Origin: a virus
Taxonomy: Duplodnaviria > Caudoviricetes
Strand: one strand, 5' to 3'
Virus record (IMG/VR): IMGVR_UViG_3300028588_000021
Span: 3,917-67,916 of that record
DNA length: 64,000 bases
Below are positions 23,280-33,861 of the stretch, piece after piece. The first letter of the stretch is position 1. Every line of letters begins with the position of its first letter. Made by a program: the position numbers and the translations under genes. The notes below the pieces were generated by a model. That model was given only the letters and a program-made list of their open reading frames with translations. It was not told the origin of the DNA and ran no database searches.

Positions 23280-26200
23280 GTGAGTGATCTAGACCTCAAG
23301 GGCAATATTGACATTGGTACCGGCTCTGCCGTATCCAACCTCAACAACCTTGCCCAGGCCGCTGCCGCTGTGCAGAAGGCGTTTGACGCGGGAGAAATCT
23401 CTGCTGCTCAGTATGCCTCTGCTATGGCGGCAAACTCACGCGCCGTAAACGCTGCTAACGACTCCATCGGTCGCTCCTCTGTCAACCTGTCAAAGGTCAT
23501 GACAGAGGAGAGCCGACGTCGTATCGCTGAGAGCAAGGCTGAAGCGGACAACGCCAAGCAGACTGCCTCTCAGATCACTGCTTCTCTCAAGGCACAGGAG
23601 GCTGCCCAGAAGCAGGCCGTGGCCCGCAACCGCGCGGGTACTGGCAACCAGGCTACCACAGGTGCAGCCACTGTCAACCGCAACCTGAGCAAGGCACTAG
23701 GATTTGAGGACGACCCTCAGACCGCCCAGCTCAAGGCGATGAATGACTACTACCGTCAGATCGAAGCTGCTGATGCTAAGTCTGCTGCTCAGCAGATTGC
23801 TAACGCTCAGCGTGTTGCTGACGCTAAGGCTGCTCAGAACAAGCAGAGCCTGATCCAGCAGCAGCGTGATGAAGCCGCTGTGCGCAAGAGCGAGCTATCT
23901 GCTATGCGTGGCAGCTCACAGAGCGCGTTCGAGCTTCCCGACATTGGGCAGCTTAACCAGACACGTTACGCTCTTTATGACGTATCCACAACCCTCGGTG
24001 TGCTGGGGGCTGGGTTGACTGCTGCCGGTGGGGCGGCTCTGACCTTCGGTGCACAGTACGAGTCTGCCTTTACACAGGTTGAGCGCACCTCGCTCCCTAC
24101 TGCACAAGCAGCTCAGTCGCTACGTGCTGACTTGAATGAACTATCTGAGACGATCCCTGTAGGCTTCGATCAGCTTTCCAGCATCGCTGCGCTGGGTGCT
24201 CAGATGAACATTGCCAACGACGACTTGGCTCAGTTCGCTGACACCACTGCCCGCTACTCTGCGGTGACTGGCGTGTCCACTGACCAGGTTGCTACCAGCT
24301 TCGGTGCGCTGTTCGAGCTGACCAACACAGGTTCTGGCGAGATGGAAAACCTTGCCTCTAGCATCAACTTCGTCGGTGTGCGCTCGGTCGCTACTGACTC
24401 CGAAATTCTGAGCCTAGCACAGAACATCGGTGCGTCTACGACCCAGGCCGGGTTCCTCGCTGAGCAGACTGTCGGCCTTGCCGGTGCTCTTGCCTCTCTC
24501 CGTATTCAGCCTGAGCAGGCGCGTGGTGTTATCCTACGGCTGTTCAGTGACTTTGACAAGGCTGTGTCCGAGAACGGCACTCAGCTTGAGAAGTATTCCA
24601 AGACGCTGAACAAGACCACCGAGGACACTGCTGCCCTGTGGAACACTGACCCCGAAGCATTCTTTGACCAGCTACTGAAGGGCCTTAGCACTGCTGAAGA
24701 CCTGAACGGTGCGCTGCGCGAGCTTGGCATCACGGAAACTCGTGAGTCCAACGTGCTCCAGCGTCTGGCCGGTAACTACGACACTTACGCAAACTCTATG
24801 AGTGATGCTGCCCAGGCTTACCAGGAGGGTACATTCCTTGGGGAGTCATACGGTAAGGTTGCGGACGATGTGGCTAGCCGTGTCCAGATCCTGGTCAACT
24901 CGATCACTAACCTGCTAGCCAAGGCTGGGCAGTCGGTATTCCCGATCCTCGGCCCCGTGCTTCAGGTTGTCACTACCATCGTACAGGGTATTGAAGCAAT
25001 TCCGGCTCCCATCCTCGGTGTGCTCACAACTATTACACTCCTAGCCGGTGGTTTTGCGCTTATCGTTGCTGGTGGCGCTGCCCTCGTAGCCTCTGGGTTC
25101 GCTGTGCGCACTGCTCTTGCTGGTATCACTCAGCAGGGTGGCGCAACAGTCGGTGTGATGACCGGCCTTCGCTCAACCGTCACGGGGCTAACCGCCGCTC
25201 TTGGTATCAACAGCGCAGCCGCACGCGTGAATGGCGCGACCATTGGGTCACTGATCCCTGGATACCGCGCTCAGCAGGCCGCAACTGTCGGACTAACGAC
25301 CGCCACACTGGGCAGCTCTGCTGCTCTTGGCGGCGCTGGTGTTGCAGCTCGTAGCTTCGGGACTGCGCTCCTTGCAACACCTATTCTCAACATCGTTGCC
25401 GCACTCTCGATCCTAGTGCCTCTGGCTTTCAGCCTCAAGGATGCTCTTTCGGAATCCTCGCAAGAATCCGCACGTGCCGGTGCTGCTCTGTTGTCTGCGG
25501 GCGGTGGCGTAGAATCCTTCCGCGCGGCACTCCAGAAGGACACTGAGGCTGCTGGTGAGAATGCCGATGGCCTAGGTCGTTTGACTGCCAAAGTCACAGA
25601 GACGCAGGAAGAAGCCGCACAAGCGTCTAAGGCCCACGGAGAGTATGCTAGTGCGCTCGGACAAGCAACGGGAGCCAGCGATGAACTCTATAATGCCTCC
25701 TCCAGCGTAACGCAGGGACTCAAGGATCAGACTCTGCTCGTAGGTGAAAACTCGCGGGCGTGGGTGGCTAACGCGCTGTACAAGCAGGCGTCACAGGACC
25801 CTGAGAATGATCCTCTAGGGCAGCTATTCGGGGACGAAAAGATGCGTGCCCGTTATGAGCAGTCTGGTATTGACATTCGAGACGCTATCAATGCTGGCCT
25901 TGGCAAGGATGGTGGAGTAGCCGGTGCTCTAGAAGCGCAGATTGCAGACATTCGCAACAAGATTGCTTCCAGTGGTTCCGATACAATGGCAACCGACCTC
26001 CTACAGCTTGACTCCATTGTTGGGCCTCTGCGTGAGGCTGCTGCTTCCGCTGACGCTATGGGCGGATCGCTTACTACTGCGGATGCTGTAGCCAGTGCGC
26101 TAGGGGCGTCTACGGGCGTTGTTGCAGATGAGATGGGTGAAGTAGAAGAAAAGAGCACTTCGGCTGCTGACTCTATCGGCGCACTGTTCGACACCCTTGG

Positions 26201-27968
26201 TGGTGCAGGAACATACGCTGCGGCAATGGACGCGCTGCGTGACTCAATCGATGAGAACGGCTACGCATTCGATAACCTATCGGCTGGTGGGCGTGCTAAC
26301 CTGTCTGCGCTTGGCTCTGCACTTGCAGAGGCTAGCACTTACGGCTCCACGCTTGGCCTGTCTGCTGAAGACTCGATGGCACAGGCTGCTATCTCCATTG
26401 GGGGCGATGTGTCCTCTGTGCTCTCCGCTCTTCAGGCTATCTCAGCAGCCAACCCCACAGCTTACGCCGACCTAGACATCAGCGCTGTTATTGCTAAGTA
26501 CAAGCAGCTCCAAAGTCTAGGTGTCGGGGCATTTGGCTCTGCGTCAAACATTGGTGTCACAGCCGCTGCTGACGCATCCAACCTGAACCGACTAATGGCT
26601 AAGCGCACACAGGTGCAGAGTCAGCTTAGCAGCGCTCAGGCATCAGCGGCACCTAAGAGAGCCAAGGCTAATGACAGCGCCGCCAAGAAGGCGGCTGCCG
26701 ATGCTAAGAAGCAGGCAGACGCTATCAAGACCACGGCTGAGTATGCACGTGACCTTGGTTCTGCTATGAAGGAAGCCTTTGACAAGCGCTTTGGTGTCCA
26801 GCAGTCTATGGATGATATTACCAGCAAGTTCCAGGACCTGGCTGACCGCATTAAGGAAGCCAAGGACCGCATGGCAGCTCTTAAGGCTGACCTAGCAAGT
26901 CTACAGTCTGATCGAAGCATCCTAGAAATTCAGCTCAAGGTGGCTACCGACTACGGTGACACCACACGGGCCGACGCCATCAACGCGCAGCTAGGTCAGA
27001 ATGGTATCGACCAGGCAGCAAAGCAGGCTGACCTCGCTAAGGCTACCGCAGCAGCGAGCACCGAGCTAGAGGGCAACACCACAGCAGCGATTGAAAACCG
27101 CGCCGCTGTGCTGGGGCTTATCTCAGCTTACCAGGGACAGATCGAAGCTTTTGCTGCAACAGGTGCAAGCGCTCAGCAGATCAGCGCGTACACTCGTACG
27201 CTTCAGGGTCAGTTTGAACAGCAGCTTACACAGCTTGGGTATAACAGCGCTCAAGTACGTGCCTTCTCTAGCACCTTCGACGCTTTGACAACAGCCGTGA
27301 ACAACGTGCCCACACGTAAGGCTGTAACGGTTACGGCAGATACTAGCAGCGCTATGGGCAGCCTGAACGCTGTGGGCGGTAAAATCGGAAGCCTGTCGGG
27401 CGACCTGGCTAGTTTGAATGCTCAGATTGCTGCGGCACAGGCGCGTGTCGATAAAAATACTCGCGCTCAGGCAATTCAAAAAGACATCACCGCTTTGGTG
27501 GGTCAGTATGCTGCCTACAACTTGGGTGCCCCTACTGCTCTGAGCGTATCTCAGATGGCTCAGCTTCAGGGACGTATTGCTTTCCAGCAGGCCCGACTTG
27601 CTTCGGGTAACTATGCTTCGGGTGGTCTTATCACAGGTGGGCAACGACCCGCAAACCGTAGCCTGGACAATACCATGATTAACGCTCAGTTCGGTGAGGG
27701 TGTTGTCAACCTGAAGGGCATGAGTTTCCTGGGTGTTGATGGACTAAACGCTATCAACAATCAGCAGAACCCATTCCCACCACAGGTGGTATATGTAAAC
27801 TCGCCAAGCTCGAATAACTCTGGTACGATGGAAGTATCTCTTAGCCCTATCGACCGTCAGCTTATTGCTGCTGGTCAGGCCGTGACTGTAACGATCCCTC
27901 GAACAGCCGTGGCGGGAGCTACAAATGCTGCCAACCTAGACAACTCCCTTCGAGGAGCGAACGGATAA
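23280..27968 (+). CDS. tape measure protein
   Basis: 1562 aa, Ala/Gly/Ser-rich helical, TP901-like core; follows the chaperones. Confidence 0.93.
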   Translation: MSDLDLKGNIDIGTGSAVSNLNNLAQAAAAVQKAFDAGEISAAQYASAMAANSRAVNAANDSIGRSSVNLSKVMTEESRRRIAESKAEADNAKQTASQITASLKAQEAAQKQAVARNRAGTGNQATTGAATVNRNLSKALGFEDDPQTAQLKAMNDYYRQIEAADAKSAAQQIANAQRVADAKAAQNKQSLIQQQRDEAAVRKSELSAMRGSSQSAFELPDIGQLNQTRYALYDVSTTLGVLGAGLTAAGGAALTFGAQYESAFTQVERTSLPTAQAAQSLRADLNELSETIPVGFDQLSSIAALGAQMNIANDDLAQFADTTARYSAVTGVSTDQVATSFGALFELTNTGSGEMENLASSINFVGVRSVATDSEILSLAQNIGASTTQAGFLAEQTVGLAGALASLRIQPEQARGVILRLFSDFDKAVSENGTQLEKYSKTLNKTTEDTAALWNTDPEAFFDQLLKGLSTAEDLNGALRELGITETRESNVLQRLAGNYDTYANSMSDAAQAYQEGTFLGESYGKVADDVASRVQILVNSITNLLAKAGQSVFPILGPVLQVVTTIVQGIEAIPAPILGVLTTITLLAGGFALIVAGGAALVASGFAVRTALAGITQQGGATVGVMTGLRSTVTGLTAALGINSAAARVNGATIGSLIPGYRAQQAATVGLTTATLGSSAALGGAGVAARSFGTALLATPILNIVAALSILVPLAFSLKDALSESSQESARAGAALLSAGGGVESFRAALQKDTEAAGENADGLGRLTAKVTETQEEAAQASKAHGEYASALGQATGASDELYNASSSVTQGLKDQTLLVGENSRAWVANALYKQASQDPENDPLGQLFGDEKMRARYEQSGIDIRDAINAGLGKDGGVAGALEAQIADIRNKIASSGSDTMATDLLQLDSIVGPLREAAASADAMGGSLTTADAVASALGASTGVVADEMGEVEEKSTSAADSIGALFDTLGGAGTYAAAMDALRDSIDENGYAFDNLSAGGRANLSALGSALAEASTYGSTLGLSAEDSMAQAAISIGGDVSSVLSALQAISAANPTAYADLDISAVIAKYKQLQSLGVGAFGSASNIGVTAAADASNLNRLMAKRTQVQSQLSSAQASAAPKRAKANDSAAKKAAADAKKQADAIKTTAEYARDLGSAMKEAFDKRFGVQQSMDDITSKFQDLADRIKEAKDRMAALKADLASLQSDRSILEIQLKVATDYGDTTRADAINAQLGQNGIDQAAKQADLAKATAAASTELEGNTTAAIENRAAVLGLISAYQGQIEAFAATGASAQQISAYTRTLQGQFEQQLTQLGYNSAQVRAFSSTFDALTTAVNNVPTRKAVTVTADTSSAMGSLNAVGGKIGSLSGDLASLNAQIAAAQARVDKNTRAQAIQKDITALVGQYAAYNLGAPTALSVSQMAQLQGRIAFQQARLASGNYASGGLITGGQRPANRSLDNTMINAQFGEGVVNLKGMSFLGVDGLNAINNQQNPFPPQVVYVNSPSSNNSGTMEVSLSPIDRQLIAAGQAVTVTIPRTAVAGATNAANLDNSLRGANG

Positions 27969-27970
27969 AA

Positions 27971-28831
27971 ATGCGAGACATGATTTACTTCGGCAACCGC
28001 GAACGCATGACTTGGGTTCGCGCGCCCGATGCAAACTATGACGGCTCGCGCCAAGGCTGGAGCGGTGGTGCCCCCACTTTTTTGAATGGTGGCACCATCG
28101 TCCAGCGCTCTACTTCGGCTCACGCAGTGTACAACTACACATGGAACATGATGAGCCGCAATGAAATTCGCAACATCAAAGACTACGCCGAGGGTGTGTG
28201 GGGTCCGGGCACAATCTACATGCTCGACCCCTTCGCTATGGACCGCAATGTTCTACCGCAGCACTGGGCTGCCCCACGTACCGTCCTACAGGATGCCCCT
28301 GTGCTTTCAGGCAGTACCCGCAATGAAGCCCCTGAGTATCCGGTTGACCTAAGCAACAACCTAGGGTATCCGATGCGAGGCATTCTATACGCATACTCGC
28401 CCACTTGGCCGCAAGCAAGTCTACGCCCGAAGCTCTTTATTCCCATCCCGCCCAACCACACAGCCTGGTTTGGAGCACACGGGGTGGCGTCTGCGACTTC
28501 TGGGCTTACAGCTACGCCTGTCAATGGCTCGGCTACCACCCTTCCTGTGCTAGCCACAACCACGGATCAGCGATTCTCTAACTCTTGGGATGGCTCACAG
28601 TACCCCGGCGTGGAACTAAGTTTCAGCCTTAATTCAGGGTCGGCTGTTATTGCAGGTATGATGATGCAGATTCTGCCCACAGGTGTGACACCTGATGCTG
28701 GTGGGTTTGTATCTGGGCAGGGCAACAGTGGGCTGAGCTTTGCAACACAGCCAACCCTAACAAATAACAACGTGGCTTTGGATCGCCAGAGCTTGTCAGT
28801 ACAACTAATTGAGGATGCAGCATGGCGGTAG
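27971..28831 (+). CDS. minor tail protein (distal tail-like)
   Basis: position directly after the tape measure gene. Confidence 0.65.
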   Translation: MRDMIYFGNRERMTWVRAPDANYDGSRQGWSGGAPTFLNGGTIVQRSTSAHAVYNYTWNMMSRNEIRNIKDYAEGVWGPGTIYMLDPFAMDRNVLPQHWAAPRTVLQDAPVLSGSTRNEAPEYPVDLSNNLGYPMRGILYAYSPTWPQASLRPKLFIPIPPNHTAWFGAHGVASATSGLTATPVNGSATTLPVLATTTDQRFSNSWDGSQYPGVELSFSLNSGSAVIAGMMMQILPTGVTPDAGGFVSGQGNSGLSFATQPTLTNNNVALDRQSLSVQLIEDAAWR

Positions 28832-30540
28832 AAGCTACCATCAGTGGCACTGGTACATATGCCGGTGTCAGAGCCAATATTGCAGACTACTCCGCAGTCG
28901 AAGATGCTACACCGATTGATCCCGCCAGCAATAGCGGTGGCGTCGGGCAGCTCACGCTGTCGGTTGTGGAAAATCCTAGTGCTTCCGGCACAATTAGTCT
29001 ACTTGACAACGGCATCACCTTGACAGACGGCTCTCGGGGTACAACTACTGGCACCGTCAGTGGTATCGATGTATCTGATGGCGTGGCTAGCATCACTGCC
29101 GATTCACGGCTGGGCGCTCTCTTGGCTACTCGAACTGCGGCACCCCAGAACCTGAACATGGAGCAGACGTTTCGCTACTACCTTCAGCTTGCGGGCATCA
29201 CAACCAACATTGTCTTTGAAGTTCCCACAACGGTACCATATAGATACAGTACAAGTGCGCTCATTGCCACGCCTGGATGGACTGATGTCATCTTTGACAG
29301 GATTCGCCAGTTCGCCATTGTGTGCGGTGCAGAGGTATCTCTAGTATCAAACAACATCGTATTTCGCCCTCTACGCACGCGTATCTCGGAGAACAAACGC
29401 GACACGTCAATCAGCTCTTCCACTAAGAAGGGACAGATTGCGCGTAATATCGAGGTCGCCTACTACCAGAATAACTATAAAACGGATGCTCAGGTGTACC
29501 CGGAGGGTGGAGCCTGGACCCCAGACACTCCTGTATATCAGGTTGATGCCGGTGAAACCCTAGAGGTCAACGTTCCTGTGCAGGCTTACTTGCTCAGCGT
29601 TATTCAGCCGACCTGCGTGCCTTATGTCGCTCGCTATGACACAGGCAGCGTGTACTCGGTGGTCGGCCAGGATGGCCTAGCTATTGTGCCAGCTCAGTGG
29701 ACTGAGAATGGCGGCAGCGTAACGGTCGCAATCGGGGAAGACCCATCCACCCTGGATATTACTATCGTAGGTGCCCGCACAACTCAGGGGCCTTATCGAA
29801 TCGCCGTAGGTGCGGGAGCAAGCGACGTGTACTCATCGTTGCGTATCCAAGGTACCGGCACATACTTTGACAGACAAATTGTCAAGCTACCAACCGGTGT
29901 GCCCGATTCCGCTACACCACAAGACGTCGGCGTAACGGTGGAAAACCCTTACATCTCTACACCGGCTGACGCTTACGACCTTGGTGTGCGCACAGCGATG
30001 CGGTTCGCTGGGTTTGACCAAGCTATTAGTGTGACGACCCTTGGCGTAAACCGAGCAGACTACAGTGGTAACACGCGCTACCCGACATTCAGTGAGTTCA
30101 ACACCGGAGTCAATGGGCAAGCTACGAACTGGACAGGCAAGACCTTTAGCCAGTTCAATACTGAGTGGGCCGGAAAGACCTTTCAGCAGTTTGATGATTA
30201 CTACTACAGCCTTGTGCGAACTGACTTCAGTAACCAGGCATTTGGTAACGTAAGCGGGTCGCGTGTTCGTTACCGCGATGCTTTTTACCGCATTGATTCA
30301 GCTACGGTCGCAGCAGTTAATACAAGCTATACCGCTACGGCAGATACGCTATTTCAGGACTTCAGTAACGTCTGGGCGCTAGCTACCCATGAGGGTACCA
30401 GCGCAGGTCCATTCGTTGGCAAGACAACACCCTACACCTTTGCTGACTTTAACCAAATCATGGGCAATCGCACCTTTGCGAACTTTGCCGTATCGCCCCT
30501 ATGGAGAACCTATGCCGGTCTATCCTCAGCCCAATCTTGA
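28822..30540 (+). CDS. minor tail protein (baseplate hub-like)
   Basis: 572 aa; synteny. Confidence 0.65.
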   Translation: MAVEATISGTGTYAGVRANIADYSAVEDATPIDPASNSGGVGQLTLSVVENPSASGTISLLDNGITLTDGSRGTTTGTVSGIDVSDGVASITADSRLGALLATRTAAPQNLNMEQTFRYYLQLAGITTNIVFEVPTTVPYRYSTSALIATPGWTDVIFDRIRQFAIVCGAEVSLVSNNIVFRPLRTRISENKRDTSISSSTKKGQIARNIEVAYYQNNYKTDAQVYPEGGAWTPDTPVYQVDAGETLEVNVPVQAYLLSVIQPTCVPYVARYDTGSVYSVVGQDGLAIVPAQWTENGGSVTVAIGEDPSTLDITIVGARTTQGPYRIAVGAGASDVYSSLRIQGTGTYFDRQIVKLPTGVPDSATPQDVGVTVENPYISTPADAYDLGVRTAMRFAGFDQAISVTTLGVNRADYSGNTRYPTFSEFNTGVNGQATNWTGKTFSQFNTEWAGKTFQQFDDYYYSLVRTDFSNQAFGNVSGSRVRYRDAFYRIDSATVAAVNTSYTATADTLFQDFSNVWALATHEGTSAGPFVGKTTPYTFADFNQIMGNRTFANFAVSPLWRTYAGLSSAQS

Positions 30541-31084
30541 TCCTAACGCCGCTCCCTGGGGCCGCTCAGTCAACACAAGACTAGCGGCCCTAGAGCTGGC
30601 AGCATCAAGAAAAGACCTGAATGACATCAACACTAACAAGCAGCAGAACTCGACTGCGGTGTCACTCTCAGACCAGGTAGCTGTGCTGCTTGCACTAGCC
30701 AATGTTCAGTATGCCGAGATGGGTGCAGCCACTAACTTTAGTGGTTACTACACGGGCGCAAGGGCCTCAGTCAATATCACTTCTCCTACAGGCCGACTAG
30801 AAGTTGGTTTTGGAGGGTCTTTGAACAGTGGTAGCGGCTACTTTGTTTACTCGATTGTGGAAGCTGACAGCGGGAGTGTGGTAGTCGATCCCGAATCTGT
30901 GCTCAGCAATCCGGCTCAGCGAGTGGCTGTTACCGGTGGCTCATCGTTCGCGCCTTCTGGGTACAAAACAATCGTACGAAATGTCCCTGCTAACAGACCG
31001 CTTCGAGTGACCTTGGAGCTAAATGCACAAGATAGCTTTGTGTACTTCTTTGGCGGCAGCTTGCTAGCTCGCGTAGCCCCATAA
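30512..31084 (+). CDS. minor tail protein
   Basis: GGAGA RBS; PWGRSVNTRL coiled N-terminus typical of actinophage minor tail proteins. Confidence 0.6.
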   Translation: MPVYPQPNLDPNAAPWGRSVNTRLAALELAASRKDLNDINTNKQQNSTAVSLSDQVAVLLALANVQYAEMGAATNFSGYYTGARASVNITSPTGRLEVGFGGSLNSGSGYFVYSIVEADSGSVVVDPESVLSNPAQRVAVTGGSSFAPSGYKTIVRNVPANRPLRVTLELNAQDSFVYFFGGSLLARVAP

Positions 31085-31111
31085 TCAAATACATGATAGA
31101 ATAGAATAACG

Positions 31112-31627
31112 ATGGCTACCACTACTCCAGACTCAGTTTACTTCCCGCTTGCTACGGACGCAATTGCTCCGCTGCATACAGTTTTTGCTAACCTAGCATC
31201 TTCGACGCAGACAGCACTTAACAAGCGGCAGCGATTTACTTTTGTATGGGCTAACAGCGCTGCGCGTACCGCACAGACGGGGATGGTCGCAGGCTCAACT
31301 GGGTATCAGGTCGACACAAAAGATGAGTACACTTACACTGGCTCAGCGTGGAACCTAAACCAGCGAATTGTTGCCTTCCCTATCTCTAACAACGTGGGCG
31401 ATGGCTCTGGGTTGCACACTCACACGCATAACCTCGGACGTACCCCAACGGTGGCAGTGCCAACGCCGCGCAGTAACTCTAACGACCTAGTTTCTCGTAT
31501 TACAGAGATGATGTTCTGGGATAACCCCACGGTAAACACTACACGCTTCCGCGCTGTGCGCCGCGACAACAGCACATGGTTCTCCGGGCAGACCCTTAAC
31601 TTTGACGCTGTTTACTACCTAGCTTAA
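31112..31627 (+). CDS. minor tail protein
   Basis: synteny; RFTFVWANSAARTAQTG motif; HNLGRTP fibre-tip-like motif. Confidence 0.6.
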   Translation: MATTTPDSVYFPLATDAIAPLHTVFANLASSTQTALNKRQRFTFVWANSAARTAQTGMVAGSTGYQVDTKDEYTYTGSAWNLNQRIVAFPISNNVGDGSGLHTHTHNLGRTPTVAVPTPRSNSNDLVSRITEMMFWDNPTVNTTRFRAVRRDNSTWFSGQTLNFDAVYYLA

Positions 31628-31645
31628 CTAACCGAAAGATCATAT

Positions 31646-32449
31646 ATGGCTAACACTTCAGGTGCGCAGCTAGCAATCGTGTCTGCTGACGGTCGACAGA
31701 CCATGAATGCAGATGCTGCGAAGCACTTCAACGCACTGATTGCCAATATCAAGTCTGAAACCGGCATTAGTATTGTCGCTACAGAAGGCACTCGTACTTA
31801 TGCGCGACAGAAGTACCTTTACGACAACCGAAACAAGCCTGGATTTAACCCGGCTTGGTCCCCAGATTCACCCTTTGCTTACCACCTTAGTGGTCGAGCA
31901 GTTGACGTAGGTTCAAATGTTGGATACGTCATTACAGATTCTTCTCGTGCATTTTACGCCCGGGCAGGCAAGTATGGGTTCCGGCCCACGGTGAAGGGTG
32001 AGCCGTGGCACTTTGAGTGGCGCGCTGACTGGGTTGGCGTGTCTCTTGAGTCGGCTGCCAGCAACGCCACCCCATTCCCTTCCCCCGCAGAACAGTCCGA
32101 GGAGGACGACTTGACCCCCATTGAAAGTAGCCAGCTCGCTAACCTACATGCCGCATTTTTCGCTGGCCTGAACGGCGTAGAAGCGCTTAGCCCCGCCATC
32201 GTAGCGACAAAGGCTGCCGTGGCAGCTACCGCTAACCGCTTCGCCCTTGTGCGCAAGGACGGCAAGCCCGAAGTGTTCCTATCGGTAGACCGTCAGGAGC
32301 TGCGCTGGATTAAGAGTGAAGCGTCTCTCAAGGACCAGCGCTACACCCTCAACTCCCTAGGTTCTCCCGCAGCCAACGCCCCTGTGCAGGTTGTTTCTAA
32401 CCTAGAGGCGTTCGGTACCATCATTGGTGAAAAGCCGGTAGGCTACTAA
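31646..32449 (+). CDS. endolysin, peptidase M15 family
   Basis: RTYARQ, HLSGRAVD and EPWHFE zinc-peptidase motifs. Confidence 0.88.
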   Translation: MANTSGAQLAIVSADGRQTMNADAAKHFNALIANIKSETGISIVATEGTRTYARQKYLYDNRNKPGFNPAWSPDSPFAYHLSGRAVDVGSNVGYVITDSSRAFYARAGKYGFRPTVKGEPWHFEWRADWVGVSLESAASNATPFPSPAEQSEEDDLTPIESSQLANLHAAFFAGLNGVEALSPAIVATKAAVAATANRFALVRKDGKPEVFLSVDRQELRWIKSEASLKDQRYTLNSLGSPAANAPVQVVSNLEAFGTIIGEKPVGY

Positions 32450-32475
32450 GTCACCTCAGCTATTAGGAGATACAA

Positions 32476-32772
32476 TTGAGTACACAACTACAAGACATTT
32501 GGTTTAAGTCGCAGCGTGTTCTGCGCACTGCGGTGGCAGTCGGCATCCCGTCGTTCCTTGTGTTCGCCGGGGTGCTTCCCCAGATTATCACAGCTCTTGG
32601 GCTTCCGGTAGACTCCGCTTTGTACGGCTGGCTGCTTGGTCTAGCCGCAGGAGTCACGGCTGTTGCAGCAGCCATTACGCGCCTCATGGCAATCCCTGCG
32701 GTCAACTCTTGGCTAGCGCAGGTCGGACTCGGATCGGTGCCTAAGAAAGCCATCGAAGACAACAAGGTCTAG
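32476..32772 (+). CDS. holin (putative)
   Basis: two TM helices; directly after the endolysin. Confidence 0.7.
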   Translation: MSTQLQDIWFKSQRVLRTAVAVGIPSFLVFAGVLPQIITALGLPVDSALYGWLLGLAAGVTAVAAAITRLMAIPAVNSWLAQVGLGSVPKKAIEDNKV

Positions 32773-32776
32773 CGCC

Positions 32777-33223
32777 ATGTGGCAGGCCCTGAAGAGGGTA
32801 ACACTACGTCACTGGGCCTGGATTCATGTTATGCTCTCACTCGCAGTTTGGGCAGTGCTGATCCTCAACTTCACACCTGTCGGTGTGTACGCTGCTCTCC
32901 AGCAGCCAATCATCGGTATCTGGACCACAGTCACCATCATCGGTGCCCTTACGGCTGTCATTGGTCTGCTGCTCAGCCTTGCAAACAGCCCACGTAAGCG
33001 TGTGCTCTCCATCTCTGTGGAATTGTTCGGACTGATCCTAGCGGCAGCCGGGCCATTTACTTACTTCATCACCCAATTCAGTCTACTATTCGCGGAAACA
33101 CCAGACGCGCGACTAGCATTGACATTCTTTGCCTACTACGGGCTGAGCATCATCCTTTATCGCATCTTGATCGTGATTCCACGGTTCCGTAAGGAAGCTC
33201 AAGATGTGCGAAAGGACGTGTAA
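32777..33223 (+). CDS. membrane protein (four TM), lysis cassette
   Basis: four hydrophobic helices. Confidence 0.65.
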   Translation: MWQALKRVTLRHWAWIHVMLSLAVWAVLILNFTPVGVYAALQQPIIGIWTTVTIIGALTAVIGLLLSLANSPRKRVLSISVELFGLILAAAGPFTYFITQFSLLFAETPDARLALTFFAYYGLSIILYRILIVIPRFRKEAQDVRKDV

Positions 33224-33228
33224 CCGGA

Positions 33229-33666
33229 ATGCCCGTCGATCTGGTACAATTTATTGTAACTACTGGAATCATCGGCTCGATCATCACGGCTGCGAGTGTC
33301 ATCGTTCAGGTCGTACTGAACAAGCGACTACGCACACCGGCTGATCGCCAGAGTGAAATCAGCAATGTCTTCAATATCCTCAACGGGACTATTCAGGACA
33401 ACCGAGCTGATAAGGAAGCCAATGAGAAAACCATCGGAGCGCTGCGTGAATACGCAGAAAAGCTAGAGGGGGATGCTCGCACAGACCAAGAGCTAATCGG
33501 AAGTCTGTACGGTCGCATCCATGAGCTGGAAATGCTTAACGCCGGAAAGGACCGCCGTATCGCAGAACTAGAAGCTGAACTGAGAAAGTACGCTGACGCA
33601 ATTGTGAAGGACCCTATGAATCTAGCCGAAGATTTTGAAACAATGGACCCGGTACCCTCTGCCTAG
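33229..33666 (+). CDS. membrane-anchored coiled-coil protein, lysis cassette
   Basis: N-terminal TM helix followed by heptad coiled coil. Confidence 0.65.
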   Translation: MPVDLVQFIVTTGIIGSIITAASVIVQVVLNKRLRTPADRQSEISNVFNILNGTIQDNRADKEANEKTIGALREYAEKLEGDARTDQELIGSLYGRIHELEMLNAGKDRRIAELEAELRKYADAIVKDPMNLAEDFETMDPVPSA

Positions 33667-33682
33667 GTGGTGATCCTGAATC

Positions 33683-33730
33683 TACAACAAAGCCCCCGCA
33701 ACCTGCTAAAGGTTCGGGGGCATTGTTGTA
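33683..33730. terminator. bidirectional terminator between the convergent arms
   Basis: TACAACAA-A-GCCCCCG...CGGGGGC-A-TTGTTGTA. Confidence 0.75.
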
Positions 33731-33731
33731 T

Positions 33732-33848
33732 CTAGATGTGTCGCCAGTGCTCTCGGTACTTGCGGCCTCGCCACTCCCACCATGTCTGCTCTTGCTTACC
33801 CCAAGGGGTGTACATCTCGTGGCGCTTGAAGCGCGGAATCCAGCTCAC
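33732..33848 (-). CDS. 38-aa Trp/Arg-rich peptide
   Basis: GAGGAG RBS, GTG start; MSWIPRFKRHEMYTPWGKQEQTWWEWRGRKYREHWRHI. Confidence 0.5.
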   Translation of the reverse strand: MSWIPRFKRHEMYTPWGKQEQTWWEWRGRKYREHWRHI

Positions 33849-33861
33849 CTTGCTCTCCTCT

